A stretch of DNA of 64,000 bases from a virus (taxonomy: Duplodnaviria > Caudoviricetes), in IMG/VR virus record IMGVR_UViG_3300025875_000006, positions 1 through 64,000 of that record. One strand, given 5' to 3'. Both the position numbers and the translations under genes were made by a program. Of this stretch, positions 28,205-38,222 are shown one piece after another (the first letter of the stretch is position 1; every line of letters begins with the position of its first letter). The notes under the pieces were generated by a model that was not told the DNA's origin, searched no databases, and was given only the letters and a program-made list of their open reading frames with translations.

Positions 28205-28522
28205 TCAGCTGGCCTTGGCGGGCTTCACGGGCACGAAGCGCAGGAAGACCTCCACCGGGTACTCGCGCTCGACGCGCTTGTCGGTGCTGACCTGCACCTC
28301 CCAGTAGCCGCCCTGGGGGTCGGCGAAGGCCTTGATCTGCCCGCGCCGGATGCGGTAGGCGGTCTGGCTGAACACGCTCAGCCGGTCCTCCTCGCCGCCG
28401 CCCACCCGGAACCACTGACCCGGCATGGCCTGGACGGTCTCGGCGACCTTCTCGAAGTCCTCGAACAGCACCCGGGACCGGGTACGCCGGGGCCCCTGCT
28501 CGGTCACGGTTGCAATCGTCAT
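28205..28522 (-). CDS. Hypothetical, possibly DNA-binding
   Basis: MTIATV; tandem-motif promoter at 28523-28558 overlapping the helicase stop codon. Confidence 0.65.
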   Translation of the reverse strand: MTIATVTEQGPRRTRSRVLFEDFEKVAETVQAMPGQWFRVGGGEEDRLSVFSQTAYRIRRGQIKAFADPQGGYWEVQVSTDKRVEREYPVEVFLRFVPVKPAKAS

Positions 28523-28557
28523 GGGGCCAGTATGGGGCACTTGGTCAACAGTGTCAA

Positions 28558-30645
28558 CTAGGCCGGGTCCTCGGCGGGCTCCGCCGGGGTGACCTTGGCC
28601 GCCGCCTTCTTCTTCGCCTTGGCCGGAGCCCCGGTGGCGAACAGCGCCTGGAGCTTCTTCTGGTCCTGGACCAGCTCCTCCAGCTTCATCGCGTTCTCGC
28701 CGAACCGGTCGATCTGGCGCTCCTCCACCGTGCCGGTGGTGACGTAGTCGTAGACCTTGACCGCCTTGTGCTTCTCCGAGCCGATGCGGTGCACCCGGTC
28801 CAGCCCCTGCTTCCAGAGGATCGGGGACCAGCTGCGCTCCAGCCGCAGCAGCGAGCTGGCCGCCGTCAGCGTCACCCCGGTGCCCCCGGCCGCGTAGGTG
28901 TAGAGCATCCAGCGCTTCTTGCCCTGCTGGAAGTCGGTGATGGCCAGGTCGCACTGCTGGTCGGTCCGGTCCCCGGCGACGCTCACGATCTCGGTGGGGT
29001 CCAGCCCGAGCGTGTCAACCAGGGCCTGCTCGACCAGCCGCAAGAACCGGCGGCTGACGAAGCTCATGGCCACCTGCTCGCCCTCGAACTCCCCGGCCCG
29101 GATGTCGTCCACCAGGGAGTCGATCTTGCAGCTGGGCATCCGCAGCAGCATCTTCACCGGGACGTCGTCGGCGTCCGGGCCCGGGTTGAAGGCCTCGGGG
29201 TCGTCGGGGTAGCCCGTGGCGCTGGCCAGCATGGACAGCCGCCCGGTGGCCACCATGCTGTTGGCCGCGACGATCTTGCCCTCCTGGACCATCAGGACCA
29301 TCTCGTCGCGCATCTGGCTGTAGGCGGCGGCCTGCTCCCGGCCCATCTCGCACTCGCGGATGAACTCCCCGCCGGTCAGCAGCGGCGGCAGGTCCAGCAC
29401 CTCGGCCTTCAGACGGCGGCGCGACATCGCGCTGAAGACCTGCTGGAACTCCTCGCGCCGGGTCGGCTTGAAGCCGAACACCTGCGGGAACCCGGCCATG
29501 CTGTAGCCGCGCTCCAGGTAGTAGTCCACGTAGGTGGTCTTCACCGGCCAGGCGTCGGCGTCGGCGGTGTGCAGCACCGTCCAGCTGGCCTCGGAGTCCG
29601 AGCTGATGGGCGTGCCGGTCAGCCCCCAGCGCAGGGCGTCCGGCGCGCTCCGGATGAGCCCCCAGAGCGCCTGGGTGGTCTGGGAGAGGTTGTTCAGCAC
29701 GCGGTGCAGCTCGTCGGCCACGATCAGGCTGAAGTCGATGGCGTTCAGCTCGCGCTCGTGGCGCTGGCACTTCGCCTCGGTGACGTGCTCCTCGTCGGAC
29801 TGCGGCGGGCCGCCGTGGGCCTCGCACTTCTTCAGCGCGTGCCCGGGGGCGGCGGCGTACCGGGTGTGGCTGCGCAGGGCCTCCCAGCCGATGATGCCGA
29901 TGTCGGCCTCGCCGGTGGCCAGCCGCTCGATGGCCGCACGCCGCTGGGTGGACGTGCCCCGGATGATCTCCACCCGCGCCCAGGGGATGAACGTGGCCAG
30001 GTCGTCGGCCCAGGCGGTCTTCAGCGTCTTCTTCGGCGCGATGACCAGGATCGGCCGGTGGGGCGGCTCGTGGCCGGTGCCCTCCGGGTCGGGGTCCGTG
30101 CTCGGGTCCGGGACCAGGTCCAGCTTCAGGATGCCGTTGAGCACGGCGGCCGTCTTTCCGGTGCCGGTCTCGTTCAGCAGCAGCCGCCCGCGCGTGGGCA
30201 CGATCCCACCGCCGTAGGACAGCCACTCGCCGTCGTCCTCCTGGTGGGGGTAGAAGACGTCGTCCTCGGCCTTGACGGCCGTGGGGTCCACGCGGGCCGC
30301 CAGCTCGCGCATCCGCTCCCAGTGCCCGGCCTGCTCGTTGACCCACGCCTTCAGCGCCGGGTGCGGCAGCAGCTTCAGGCCGGTCTCCACCGACATCGTC
30401 TTCAGGGCCAGCACGGCGGGCCAGGCCTTCGGCAGCGTCCAGACCTGGTCGGCCTTCGAGTACAGCGCGCCGGGGATCAGCTGGAGGCGCGGCATGAACG
30501 TGGCGGGCACGTAGACGGCCATGCGCCCGGCGTACTTGCCCACGACGACGTCGTAGGGGTAGATGCCCGGCTTGGCCCCGGCCAGCTTCACCGTGTCAAC
30601 CGGCGGGCTGAGCTGGGCGGGGGCGTCGGTCAGGGTGGCGGTCAT
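28558..30645 (-). CDS. SNF2-like (SF2) DNA helicase
   Basis: NETGTGKT (I), VADELH (II), LTGTP (III), GGTGVTL and DRVHRIG (V/VI). Confidence 0.9.
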   Translation of the reverse strand: MTATLTDAPAQLSPPVDTVKLAGAKPGIYPYDVVVGKYAGRMAVYVPATFMPRLQLIPGALYSKADQVWTLPKAWPAVLALKTMSVETGLKLLPHPALKAWVNEQAGHWERMRELAARVDPTAVKAEDDVFYPHQEDDGEWLSYGGGIVPTRGRLLLNETGTGKTAAVLNGILKLDLVPDPSTDPDPEGTGHEPPHRPILVIAPKKTLKTAWADDLATFIPWARVEIIRGTSTQRRAAIERLATGEADIGIIGWEALRSHTRYAAAPGHALKKCEAHGGPPQSDEEHVTEAKCQRHERELNAIDFSLIVADELHRVLNNLSQTTQALWGLIRSAPDALRWGLTGTPISSDSEASWTVLHTADADAWPVKTTYVDYYLERGYSMAGFPQVFGFKPTRREEFQQVFSAMSRRRLKAEVLDLPPLLTGGEFIRECEMGREQAAAYSQMRDEMVLMVQEGKIVAANSMVATGRLSMLASATGYPDDPEAFNPGPDADDVPVKMLLRMPSCKIDSLVDDIRAGEFEGEQVAMSFVSRRFLRLVEQALVDTLGLDPTEIVSVAGDRTDQQCDLAITDFQQGKKRWMLYTYAAGGTGVTLTAASSLLRLERSWSPILWKQGLDRVHRIGSEKHKAVKVYDYVTTGTVEERQIDRFGENAMKLEELVQDQKKLQALFATGAPAKAKKKAAAKVTPAEPAEDPA

Positions 30646-30944
30646 CGGGTCTCCTCGGCGATGCGCTGGATGCGGTGGGCGATGCCCTTCAGCAGCGGGT
30701 GGTCCCCGGGCTGCTCGGTCTCGAACTCGGTGGCCAACGCCAGGAACCCGGCCTTGACCCGGTCGCGTTCCGCGCGGCGCATCCGGGCGGCGCGGTCCAC
30801 CAGCTTCAGCCGGTCGTCGGGCAGCTGGTGCACCTTCCGGCCCTCGGCCGCCAGGCCGGGGTACAGGGCCTCGTAGGCGGCGAGGTAGTCCAGGCCGGTC
30901 GGGCCGGGCAGCAGGTCGTCGTTCGTGGTCACTCGGGGCTCCAT
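30642..30944 (-). CDS. Hypothetical protein
   Basis: Coupled ORF, start MEPRVTT. Confidence 0.55.
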   Translation of the reverse strand: MEPRVTTNDDLLPGPTGLDYLAAYEALYPGLAAEGRKVHQLPDDRLKLVDRAARMRRAERDRVKAGFLALATEFETEQPGDHPLLKGIAHRIQRIAEETR

Positions 30945-31435
30945 CGGGTGTTCAGCCAGAGGATGGCGTGCTGGAGGGCCTTCACGGCGTGGCCGTTCCC
31001 GCCCTTGCCGACGTTGTTGGGTGGCTCGCGGTCGCGGCGGTAGCTGCCGATCTTCGCCGGGGTGCCGAAGCTGTTGGCGTGGCTGACCTGCTGGACGAAG
31101 AACCGGGCGGGGTCGTCGGCCATGACCCACCGGCAGAAGCCGATGATCTCCACGGCCTCGGGCTGCCAGGTCGCTGCGCCCTCGCGCGGCCACCAGCCCT
31201 CGATGACGATCCCGTCCAGGCCCCGCTTCGTGGTCGGGTGCTGCTGGGTGGCCAGCGACCAGACCCGGTTGCAGAAGGCCAGCTGCGAGCGCTCCTCGCC
31301 CCACTCGATGACGTCGATGCCGACGCCGGTCAGCTGCTCGGTGTCAACCACCGGCCGGAACAGGACCCACCCGGTCTCGCCCCCGGGGTCCACGGCCAGC
31401 CAGAGCCCGTCTCCGCGTGCCACGACCTGTCTCAC
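30929..31435 (-). CDS. RuvC-like Holliday junction resolvase/nuclease
   Basis: LAVDPGGETGW, VIEGW, HAVKALQHA. Confidence 0.7.
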   Translation of the reverse strand: MRQVVARGDGLWLAVDPGGETGWVLFRPVVDTEQLTGVGIDVIEWGEERSQLAFCNRVWSLATQQHPTTKRGLDGIVIEGWWPREGAATWQPEAVEIIGFCRWVMADDPARFFVQQVSHANSFGTPAKIGSYRRDREPPNNVGKGGNGHAVKALQHAILWLNTRWSPE

Positions 31436-31827
31436 GCTGCCTGCTCCGTTCGGCAGGTCGGACAGGTCATGCGATAGCGCCTCTGCGGCATCTCGTGCCC
31501 CCTCGTGCAGTGCGTCCGTCGTTGGCGGCGGGGCGGCATCTTGGCCCGCTGGCGCTCGATGGCGTCCTGGATGTTCTGGGCCTGCGTGCCCCAGCGCAGG
31601 TGCGTCGGGTTGCAGCACGGTGGGTTGTCGCAGCGGTGCAACGCCTTCCGTGGGTCAGACAGCGGAACACCAGTGGCCAGCGAGAGCGCCAGACGGTGGG
31701 TGTAGATCAGCTTGCCGCTGACCTTGATGTGCCCGTAGCCCTTGGTCAGCGTGCCTGTCCACGGCCAGCATTCGGACGGACCTCCGCGTTCGACTTTGGC
31801 CCAGAGACGGTCTTCAGCCGTGATCAT
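31432..31827 (-). CDS. HNH homing endonuclease
   Basis: CWPWTG..GYG..HRCDNPPCCNPTHLRWGT. Confidence 0.9.
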   Translation of the reverse strand: MITAEDRLWAKVERGGPSECWPWTGTLTKGYGHIKVSGKLIYTHRLALSLATGVPLSDPRKALHRCDNPPCCNPTHLRWGTQAQNIQDAIERQRAKMPPRRQRRTHCTRGHEMPQRRYRMTCPTCRTEQAA

Positions 31828-33626
31828 TTTGCCTCTGCCCAGTTGTTGCCAGCGCCCGGTTCAGCTGTCACATCGACCTTCCAGCCCGTCTTTTCCGTGA
31901 CGATCTGGTTCATCACCTCGGCGATCTCCTGCATGGCGTCGGGGACCTCGGGCTCGGGGATGGAGAACAGCACCTCGTCGTGGACGGGCAGCATCATGTA
32001 GGGCCCGAAGCCAGCGGCGTCCAGGCCGACCATCGCCTTCTTCAGCGCGATGGCGGCCGAGCCCTGGCAGACGTAGTTGCCCAGCTTGCGGCGCTCCTGC
32101 GGGTCCCGGACCTTGAACTCCCGGCCCCACGGGCTGGTGATCACGTGCTCCAGCTCGCCGCGCTCGATCTTGCGGGTCTGGACCAGCTCCGCGCCCAGGG
32201 TCTTCAGCGACGGGTAGGTGTTCTCCAGCGCCTTCCACGTCGGGACCAGGTCGTAGACGCCGACCCCCGCCTGCGCCGCTGCGGTCTCGATCCCGCCGCC
32301 GAATAGCTTGGTGTAGGTGGTGGCCTTCAGCAGGCGACGGCGCGCGTCCTTCTTCTTGAAGTCCGGCTCGTGGTAGACGTCGCGGCCCACCTGGACGAAG
32401 AAGTCGTCGCCGGTGGCGTCGGCCAGCTTCAGCGCCTTGATCATCGCCTCGTCGCCGGTGATGGACGCCCACATGCGCAGCTCGATCTGGCCGAAGTCGG
32501 CGGTGACCACCTTCTCGCCGTCCTCGCGCGCCACGACCGCCCGGCGGACCGTGGGGTCCTCGTCGGCGCTGGGCAGCTGCTGGAGCGGTGGGTTCTCGAT
32601 GCTCATCCGGCCGGTGCGGGCCTCGACCGGCTTGATGCCGGGGTGGATGATCCCGCGCCCCAGCTGGCCGCCAGAGGCGTTGAACATCGCCTCCAGGTAG
32701 CTGGTGCGGGTCTTGTAGAGCCCCCGGAAGGCCAGGACGTCCCGGGCGGCCGGGTGGTCGATCTGGGCCAGCACCTCGCCGTCCAGCTTGGTCTTGCCCT
32801 TGTCCGTCTTGCCCGGGAGCTTCACGCCGTCGTTGGTCAGCACCAGCTCCAGCTGGCCGCCCTGGTGCGGGTTCGTGATCCCGAGCGCGGTGAGCCGGGC
32901 GCGGACCTCGGCCTCCCGGCCGGTGAAGTCCTCGATGCTCTCGTAGAGGTAGGCCCCGTCCACGGGCAGCCCGCGCCAGGACATCTCGTTCGTGATCCGG
33001 ACGCTGGCCATCTCCAGCGCGTGGTCGTTCGCCCAGCGCTTCCGGCGGCCCTGCGCCTCGTAGACCTCCCACAGCGCGGCGGTGCCGCACGTGTCAACCA
33101 CGCCGTAGAGCGGGTAGGGCTTCCAGCCCATCGGCACGGTGGACCAGTCCCAGCCGCCGTTCTTCATGCCCTCGTGCAGCACCCGCTGGCCTGCGCCGTA
33201 CCAGGGACCGAACTCCTGCATCCCGAGGTTCTTCAGCTGGCGGTTCTGGTCGGCGTAGCCGCTCACGGCCGCCCAGGCGAACGTGTCCTCCACGATGGAC
33301 CAGTCCAGCTCGATGCCCTGGCTGCGCAGCGCGAGGCCGTCGTAGCCGACGTTGTGCCAGACGATGGGCACGCGGTGCTGCGAGCACCAGTCCAGCGCCC
33401 CGGCGACCAGGGCGGGCCACCCCTCGAAAGGGATGGCCCACCCGCCGGTCACGTCCCCGAACTGCATCATCCGGACCTTGAACCGAGGGTTCCACCAGTC
33501 CAGGCCGGTGGTCTCGGTGTCAGCTGCGACCATGCGGCGGCCGGGGGTGGTCAGCCACTCCCAGAACTGGGACACCTGGTCGATGCTGGTCAGGACCCTG
33601 ATCCGGAGGTTCGGCACCTCAGACAC
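31824..33626 (-). CDS. DNA polymerase I family (3'-5' exonuclease plus PolA domain)
   Basis: ADTETTG, RTGRMS..NPPLQQLP, DFGQIELR, LPVHDEV. Confidence 0.93.
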   Translation of the reverse strand: MSEVPNLRIRVLTSIDQVSQFWEWLTTPGRRMVAADTETTGLDWWNPRFKVRMMQFGDVTGGWAIPFEGWPALVAGALDWCSQHRVPIVWHNVGYDGLALRSQGIELDWSIVEDTFAWAAVSGYADQNRQLKNLGMQEFGPWYGAGQRVLHEGMKNGGWDWSTVPMGWKPYPLYGVVDTCGTAALWEVYEAQGRRKRWANDHALEMASVRITNEMSWRGLPVDGAYLYESIEDFTGREAEVRARLTALGITNPHQGGQLELVLTNDGVKLPGKTDKGKTKLDGEVLAQIDHPAARDVLAFRGLYKTRTSYLEAMFNASGGQLGRGIIHPGIKPVEARTGRMSIENPPLQQLPSADEDPTVRRAVVAREDGEKVVTADFGQIELRMWASITGDEAMIKALKLADATGDDFFVQVGRDVYHEPDFKKKDARRRLLKATTYTKLFGGGIETAAAQAGVGVYDLVPTWKALENTYPSLKTLGAELVQTRKIERGELEHVITSPWGREFKVRDPQERRKLGNYVCQGSAAIALKKAMVGLDAAGFGPYMMLPVHDEVLFSIPEPEVPDAMQEIAEVMNQIVTEKTGWKVDVTAEPGAGNNWAEAK

Positions 33627-34077
33627 TGGCGCTCTCCTTCTCGGGCTGTCGGCTGTTGATGCGCTGCTCGGAGCGGGTCGCCCACCGGACGTTGTCCGGG
33701 GCGTAGGGGCCGTCGTTGTCGATGCGGTCCAGGGAGCGGCCTTCAGGGCGCTCACCCACGTCCGCGACGAAGTCCCAGAAGCTGTCGCGCCAGCGCTGGC
33801 ACACGGTGATGCCCCGGCCACCGTAGTTCTTCCAGGCGGGGTTCTTCACGCGCGTGCACCGGTCCAGCATCGAGTGGTAGGTCGGGTAGAGCGGGTGAGC
33901 GGTCGTCCCGCCCTGCCAGCGCCCGTGAGCGCTACCGGTGAGAACCGGCGGTGTGCCCTGGTGCTCCCGGCCCCGAGCGGCGCACTGACGGCCGCAGAAG
34001 CGGCGTCGGTAGTCGCGGGTCAGGAAGGTCTCACCGCAGTGCTCGCAGGTGCGATCACGGGCGCTGGCGTAGGTCAC
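33619..34077 (-). CDS. HNH-family endonuclease
   Basis: YGGRGITVC..SLDRIDNDGPYAPDNVRWAT. Confidence 0.85.
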   Translation of the reverse strand: MTYASARDRTCEHCGETFLTRDYRRRFCGRQCAARGREHQGTPPVLTGSAHGRWQGGTTAHPLYPTYHSMLDRCTRVKNPAWKNYGGRGITVCQRWRDSFWDFVADVGERPEGRSLDRIDNDGPYAPDNVRWATRSEQRINSRQPEKESASV

Positions 34078-34271
34078 GGGATGGTGATCTCCAGCTTCTT
34101 CATCACGGGGAAGCGGACACCGGCGGTGCCTCGGACGACCGGGAAGATCGTGGCCGGGTCCACGCCGTTCTGTGTGGCCTCCTGCATCGCCCGCTCGACC
34201 GCCTGCCCGAGGGCGGCCAGGGACACGCCCTGGTCGCCCTCGGCGCGCTCAGCGGTGACGACGAGGCTCAC
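34074..34271 (-). CDS. Hypothetical protein
   Basis: Coupled 65-aa ORF. Confidence 0.5.
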   Translation of the reverse strand: MSLVVTAERAEGDQGVSLAALGQAVERAMQEATQNGVDPATIFPVVRGTAGVRFPVMKKLEITIP

Positions 34272-34900
34272 GCCCAGGGGTCCGAACCGGCGGCGGCCGG
34301 AGCAGGCTCGGAGCCGGTGCCGACACCGGCACCCACGGCCTCGGCCGGGGTGTCGGCGGGAGCGGCAGCCGTCGGCGTCGCCACGTTGTCCGGCGCAGCG
34401 GCGGCCTGCTCCTCGCTGGTCTCGTCGTCCAGGGAGACGGCAGCGGCAGCGGCGGCCGACACGTTCTTCACCCCGGTGGTCGGCTTGACGCTGACCGACT
34501 TCCGGTAGTTGACCCGGGTGGTCGGCTGGTTGTTGAACTCGTCGGGCTTCAGCGCGGCCAGGAACACCGCGCCGGTGATCTGCTCGGCGATCTGGTCGGG
34601 GGTCGGCCGGGTCTGCATGATCCACTCCTGCGTCGCCCCGAGGCAGCGCAGGTTCTGGCTGAAGATGCGGGCCGCGACGTCGGACTCGGGCGACCAGATC
34701 AGCCGGTCGGTGATCGTCTTGCCCTTGGCCCCGTAGACGCCGCCGGTGAAGGCCAGGGTCAGCGTGAACTGCTGCTTGCCCTTGGCCGTGGTCCCGGCGA
34801 CCGCCTTGGTCACGCGCATCTCGTGCTCGCCCTCGTAGCTGACGCCCTTCAGGTCGTCGCCGAAGGCTGCAAACTCCGCCCCGAAATCGAACTCAGACAT
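34268..34900 (-). CDS. Putative ssDNA-binding protein (DUF669-like)
   Basis: OB-like core with an acidic/low-complexity tail ending DPWA; sits in the recombination module. Confidence 0.6.
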   Translation of the reverse strand: MSEFDFGAEFAAFGDDLKGVSYEGEHEMRVTKAVAGTTAKGKQQFTLTLAFTGGVYGAKGKTITDRLIWSPESDVAARIFSQNLRCLGATQEWIMQTRPTPDQIAEQITGAVFLAALKPDEFNNQPTTRVNYRKSVSVKPTTGVKNVSAAAAAAVSLDDETSEEQAAAAPDNVATPTAAAPADTPAEAVGAGVGTGSEPAPAAAGSDPWA

Positions 34901-35357
34901 GCTGTTCTCCTCTGATCTTGCGGTTCCGGGAAGTCGCCCGGTCGATGGCACAGCGGCGGCACTGGCGGCCACTGCCGGTCTTGCTCGGTGGGTAGGTGTT
35001 CTCCGGCGTCATCTCGTGGCCCTTGCCGCAGTGGCTCTGCGGTCCGGGGTGAGCGCGCCGGTTGTTCTCGGCCTGGGTCACGGCCTCCAGATGGTCCGGG
35101 CGCACGCAGTGCCGGTTGACGCAGCCGCGCGCTCGGACGTGATCCACATGCTGGCTGTCCGGGATGGTCCCGAAATGCAGCTCGTAGCTCACCCGGTGGG
35201 CCAGTAGGTGCCTGCCCTGCTTGCCACCGCTGGAGATAGAGCCGTAGCCAGTCTTCTTGTTGACGTAGCCGGTCCAGAGCCAGCAGCCGTCGTCCGTCTT
35301 CTGCACCTTGGCCCAGAATCGCTCGGACAGTGGCTTGGGCTTGGGACCGGTGACCAT
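34893..35357 (-). CDS. HNH homing endonuclease
   Basis: RFWAKVQK..CWLWTG..VDH..CVRPDHLEAVTQAEN. Confidence 0.9.
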   Translation of the reverse strand: MVTGPKPKPLSERFWAKVQKTDDGCWLWTGYVNKKTGYGSISSGGKQGRHLLAHRVSYELHFGTIPDSQHVDHVRARGCVNRHCVRPDHLEAVTQAENNRRAHPGPQSHCGKGHEMTPENTYPPSKTGSGRQCRRCAIDRATSRNRKIRGEQHV

Positions 35358-36214
35358 CAGCTGGCCGCTGCGCCCTCGGTTGACACGGTCTCGCCCGCCG
35401 GAGCGGCCGGGGGAGTCGTCTGGGTCTGCGCGGGGGCAGAGATGCCCTTGCCCTTGTAGACCATCTTGATCAGCTTCTCGAAGGTGGTGTTCTTCGCCCG
35501 GATGGCGTCCTCGGTGTCCCCCACGACCTGGGGGAGCGCGATGATCGCGGGGATGCGCCCGCCGACGCGCTCGCCCGCCTCCTTCTGGTTCATCCGGCGG
35601 GTCTGGAGGTACCGGGTCTCCACGCCCTCGGCGTCCGGCTCGACGTACAGCCAGGCCGTGACGTCCATCAGGTAGGGAATCTGGGTCCCCAGCTGGCCCT
35701 GGAGGTAGGGGCGCATCCACCCCTGCTGGTCCTCCTTGGTCATCGCGGTGATGACCACGGCCTCCAGGGGCTTGGTCGGGTGCATCGTGAGGTCCCGGAG
35801 GTCCCGGACGAAGCCGCCGACCTCCCGGAGCGCCGAGCCCCAGTCCTGGATCTTCATCTGGTCGCGGCCAGCGGCCTGCTCGACGTACCGGTACTGCAAC
35901 TCCGAGATGGAGTCCACGGTCGCCGAGCGGAAGGGGTGGTCCCCCTGCTTCAGCCAGCCCAGGACGTGGATGGCGTCCTGCCAGGTGCGGATCGGGACGA
36001 CGGCCGTGTCCCACTCGGGCTGGCCGTTCGTGATCTTCGGGGCGGCGGGAGGCGGCTGGTCCGGCTCCCAGTGCGTGGCCTTGATCGGCAGGAAGCGGGC
36101 GGCGCTCTCGACGTCCAGGATGACGCGCGGCCACGGGGTGGACGCGCCCATCAGGGACTTGCCCGCCTTGCTGGGCCCGTGGACCAGCATCGACAGAGCG
36201 TTGACGGGTGGCAT
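35357..36214 (-). CDS. AAA-family ATPase (AAA_24/Sak4-like)
   Basis: HGPSKAGKS Walker A, TVDSISE. Confidence 0.85.
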   Translation of the reverse strand: MPPVNALSMLVHGPSKAGKSLMGASTPWPRVILDVESAARFLPIKATHWEPDQPPPAAPKITNGQPEWDTAVVPIRTWQDAIHVLGWLKQGDHPFRSATVDSISELQYRYVEQAAGRDQMKIQDWGSALREVGGFVRDLRDLTMHPTKPLEAVVITAMTKEDQQGWMRPYLQGQLGTQIPYLMDVTAWLYVEPDAEGVETRYLQTRRMNQKEAGERVGGRIPAIIALPQVVGDTEDAIRAKNTTFEKLIKMVYKGKGISAPAQTQTTPPAAPAGETVSTEGAAAS

Positions 36215-36378
36215 GGGACTCCGGTCTCCGAGCCCTCGGAGCGGTCACAAGGGCGGAGGCATCCCACAGGAATCTCGGCTCAGATGATCGTTTCGGAAGG
36301 CTCAGGTGTGAGGGGTTTGTGTTGATAGAACCTACCGCACTTGGCGGCAGAATGGGGGACCTCAGCGAGGTCCAGGTG

Positions 36379-36717
36379 TCACGGTCCCCAGACCAGGAAC
36401 GGGGTGTCCGGCGGGTAGGTGGAGACGCCGCTGGCAGTGCAGACGTAGACGCCGCTGTCGGCACGCTGGGCGTTCCGGAAGTAACCCCGGTGGCCGGGCG
36501 TCTGGATGATCCGGCCGACGTACTCGGACCCGATCAGCAGCTCGGCCGCCACGATCCTGTCAACCGCCTCGCCCGCCCGGCGCGCCCGGGGGACGCCCCG
36601 CTCGCGGCCGACGATGAGCCAGCTCGCCGCCATCCGGCAGCCCGCGCACGTGACGTGCCCGTCGCCGGGGTGGTGCTGGGCGTGCAGCTCCCGCGCCCGC
36701 TCGCTGACGGCGCTCAC
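36379..36717 (-). CDS. Hypothetical protein
   Basis: GTGA-coupled. Confidence 0.5.
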   Translation of the reverse strand: MSAVSERARELHAQHHPGDGHVTCAGCRMAASWLIVGRERGVPRARRAGEAVDRIVAAELLIGSEYVGRIIQTPGHRGYFRNAQRADSGVYVCTASGVSTYPPDTPFLVWGP

Positions 36718-36868
36718 CGGAGCACCAGCACGGTCAGGGCCAGCGGCTGGCGCTTGCCGCCCATCGGCCGGTAGTCGGGCAGCCGGACAGCGAAGCCGAC
36801 CCGGCCGCGCAGCCGCCACCAGCGCGGCATCGTGCTGGTGATGCTCACCGTGGCCAGCTGGAGCCGCA

Positions 36869-37879
36869 TCAGACCGGCCCCGACGACTCGGCGTCCTCGC
36901 CCTGGTCGGAGAGGTACCGGGCCCACGGGTCGCCCTCGGTGTAGAGGTCGGCCAGCATCGCCTCGGCCCCCAGCGGGGTCGTCTGCATCAGGTCGCACGG
37001 GAGCTTGAACGGGCACGTCGCGCACTGCCAGCCGGGCTGGAAGAACGCCACGCGGTGCGGGTCCTGGCCACGGTCCAGGCGGACCCGGGCGCTGGCCAGC
37101 GTCTCCACCGCGCCGTGGAGGCGGACGCGGTAGGCCTCCTTCATCGCCGGAGAGATGTCGATGGTCAGCCGCTTGAAGAACGGCGGCTTGGACGTCGGGC
37201 CGCGCAGCACCTTCCGGAGGAGGGTGTAGACCACCCCGGCCGACCACTGCTCCTGCGGGGCCTGGGCCTCCTCCAGCATCAGGTACATCGGGCCCTGCGG
37301 GGACTTCTCCAGGCTGAGCAGCGCGGGCTCGCCGAAGTTCTGCATGGTCTTGAAGTCGTCCACGTAGACCGCGCCGTCGGTGATCCGGCGCTTCTTCCGG
37401 TCCAGCTTGCCGCGCATCAGGACGGAGACGACGTGCTCGATGCCGTCGATGTCAACCGGCAGCTCCAGCCAGTGGTGCAGCTGCTTCTCGACCTCCACGA
37501 CCTCCCAGTAGGCGTCCTCGCCCTCGGCCTCCAGCCACTCCATGTAGCCCTCCAGCATCCGGTGGCCCAGCTTGGACTCCTTGTCCAGGGCCTCGGTGAA
37601 GGGGTTGCCGTTGGCGTCGGCCACGGCGAACTCGTGGGCCATCAGCTGGGACCAGGCGTCGGCCGGGGAGTCCACGGTGCCGTCGTAGTAGGCCTCCAGC
37701 GCGGAGTGGACGCGGCTGCCGAAGGGCAGTGGGCCGACCGGCGGCTCGTCCAGGCGGCGGAGCTTCCGGTAGGTCTGAAGCCACCAGCGGCGGCGGCACT
37801 GGCTGAAAACGCCCAGGTCGCTGAAGCTGGCGATGGTGTTGCCCGGGATGGCCACGGGCGGTGGGGTCGCAAGGGTCAC
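36869..37879 (-). CDS. Cas4-like / PD-(D/E)XK exonuclease
   Basis: SFSDL..QCRRRWW, GKLD..VDDFKT, C..CPF..PC. Confidence 0.85.
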   Translation of the reverse strand: MTLATPPPVAIPGNTIASFSDLGVFSQCRRRWWLQTYRKLRRLDEPPVGPLPFGSRVHSALEAYYDGTVDSPADAWSQLMAHEFAVADANGNPFTEALDKESKLGHRMLEGYMEWLEAEGEDAYWEVVEVEKQLHHWLELPVDIDGIEHVVSVLMRGKLDRKKRRITDGAVYVDDFKTMQNFGEPALLSLEKSPQGPMYLMLEEAQAPQEQWSAGVVYTLLRKVLRGPTSKPPFFKRLTIDISPAMKEAYRVRLHGAVETLASARVRLDRGQDPHRVAFFQPGWQCATCPFKLPCDLMQTTPLGAEAMLADLYTEGDPWARYLSDQGEDAESSGPV

Positions 37880-37948
37880 GGACCCTCCTATCACGTTGAG
37901 CTAGTAGAGAAAACGAACCATACCCGTTAGAGTGACGTCTATGTCAAC
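37880..37948. promoter_or_regulatory. Overlapping divergent promoters at the main strand switch
   Basis: + strand: TTGAGC-N17-CATACC-N7-GTG; - strand: TTGACA-N19-TATGGT; AT-rich. Confidence 0.55.
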
Positions 37949-38222
37949 TCCCCGGCCTCTGCGCAGCGTGCCACCGACCACCGACAAGACCGCCGTCAAC
38001 CGCTTCCCCCGGCTGCGCCGGGTGCTCCAGACGACCCGGACGGACTACCGGCGCTACGGCATCCCGCCGGTGCTGGCGCTCTACGCGCACCCGGGCGGGA
38101 AGACCGTCCTGAAGGAGGAGGCGACCACGCTGGCCGCGCGGCTGCGGCTGCTGTGCGGGGTGCAGGTGGCCACACGCTGGGGCACGGTCCAGCTCCAGTG
38201 GCGTGCTTTCCCGCGCGGCTGA
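37932..38222 (+). CDS. Hypothetical basic protein
   Basis: 96 aa, first gene of the right arm. Confidence 0.55.
   Translation: MTSMSTPRPLRSVPPTTDKTAVNRFPRLRRVLQTTRTDYRRYGIPPVLALYAHPGGKTVLKEEATTLAARLRLLCGVQVATRWGTVQLQWRAFPRG

Noticed and set aside
28558-33626. Inteins or introns in the helicase or polymerase
   Set aside because: Lengths are normal, with no C...HN splice motifs or frame breaks; the helicase has only a small Cys/His insertion
36869-37879. Cas4 as a sign of a CRISPR system
   Set aside because: No array or other cas genes; its context (AAA ATPase, SSB) is the standard phage recombination module
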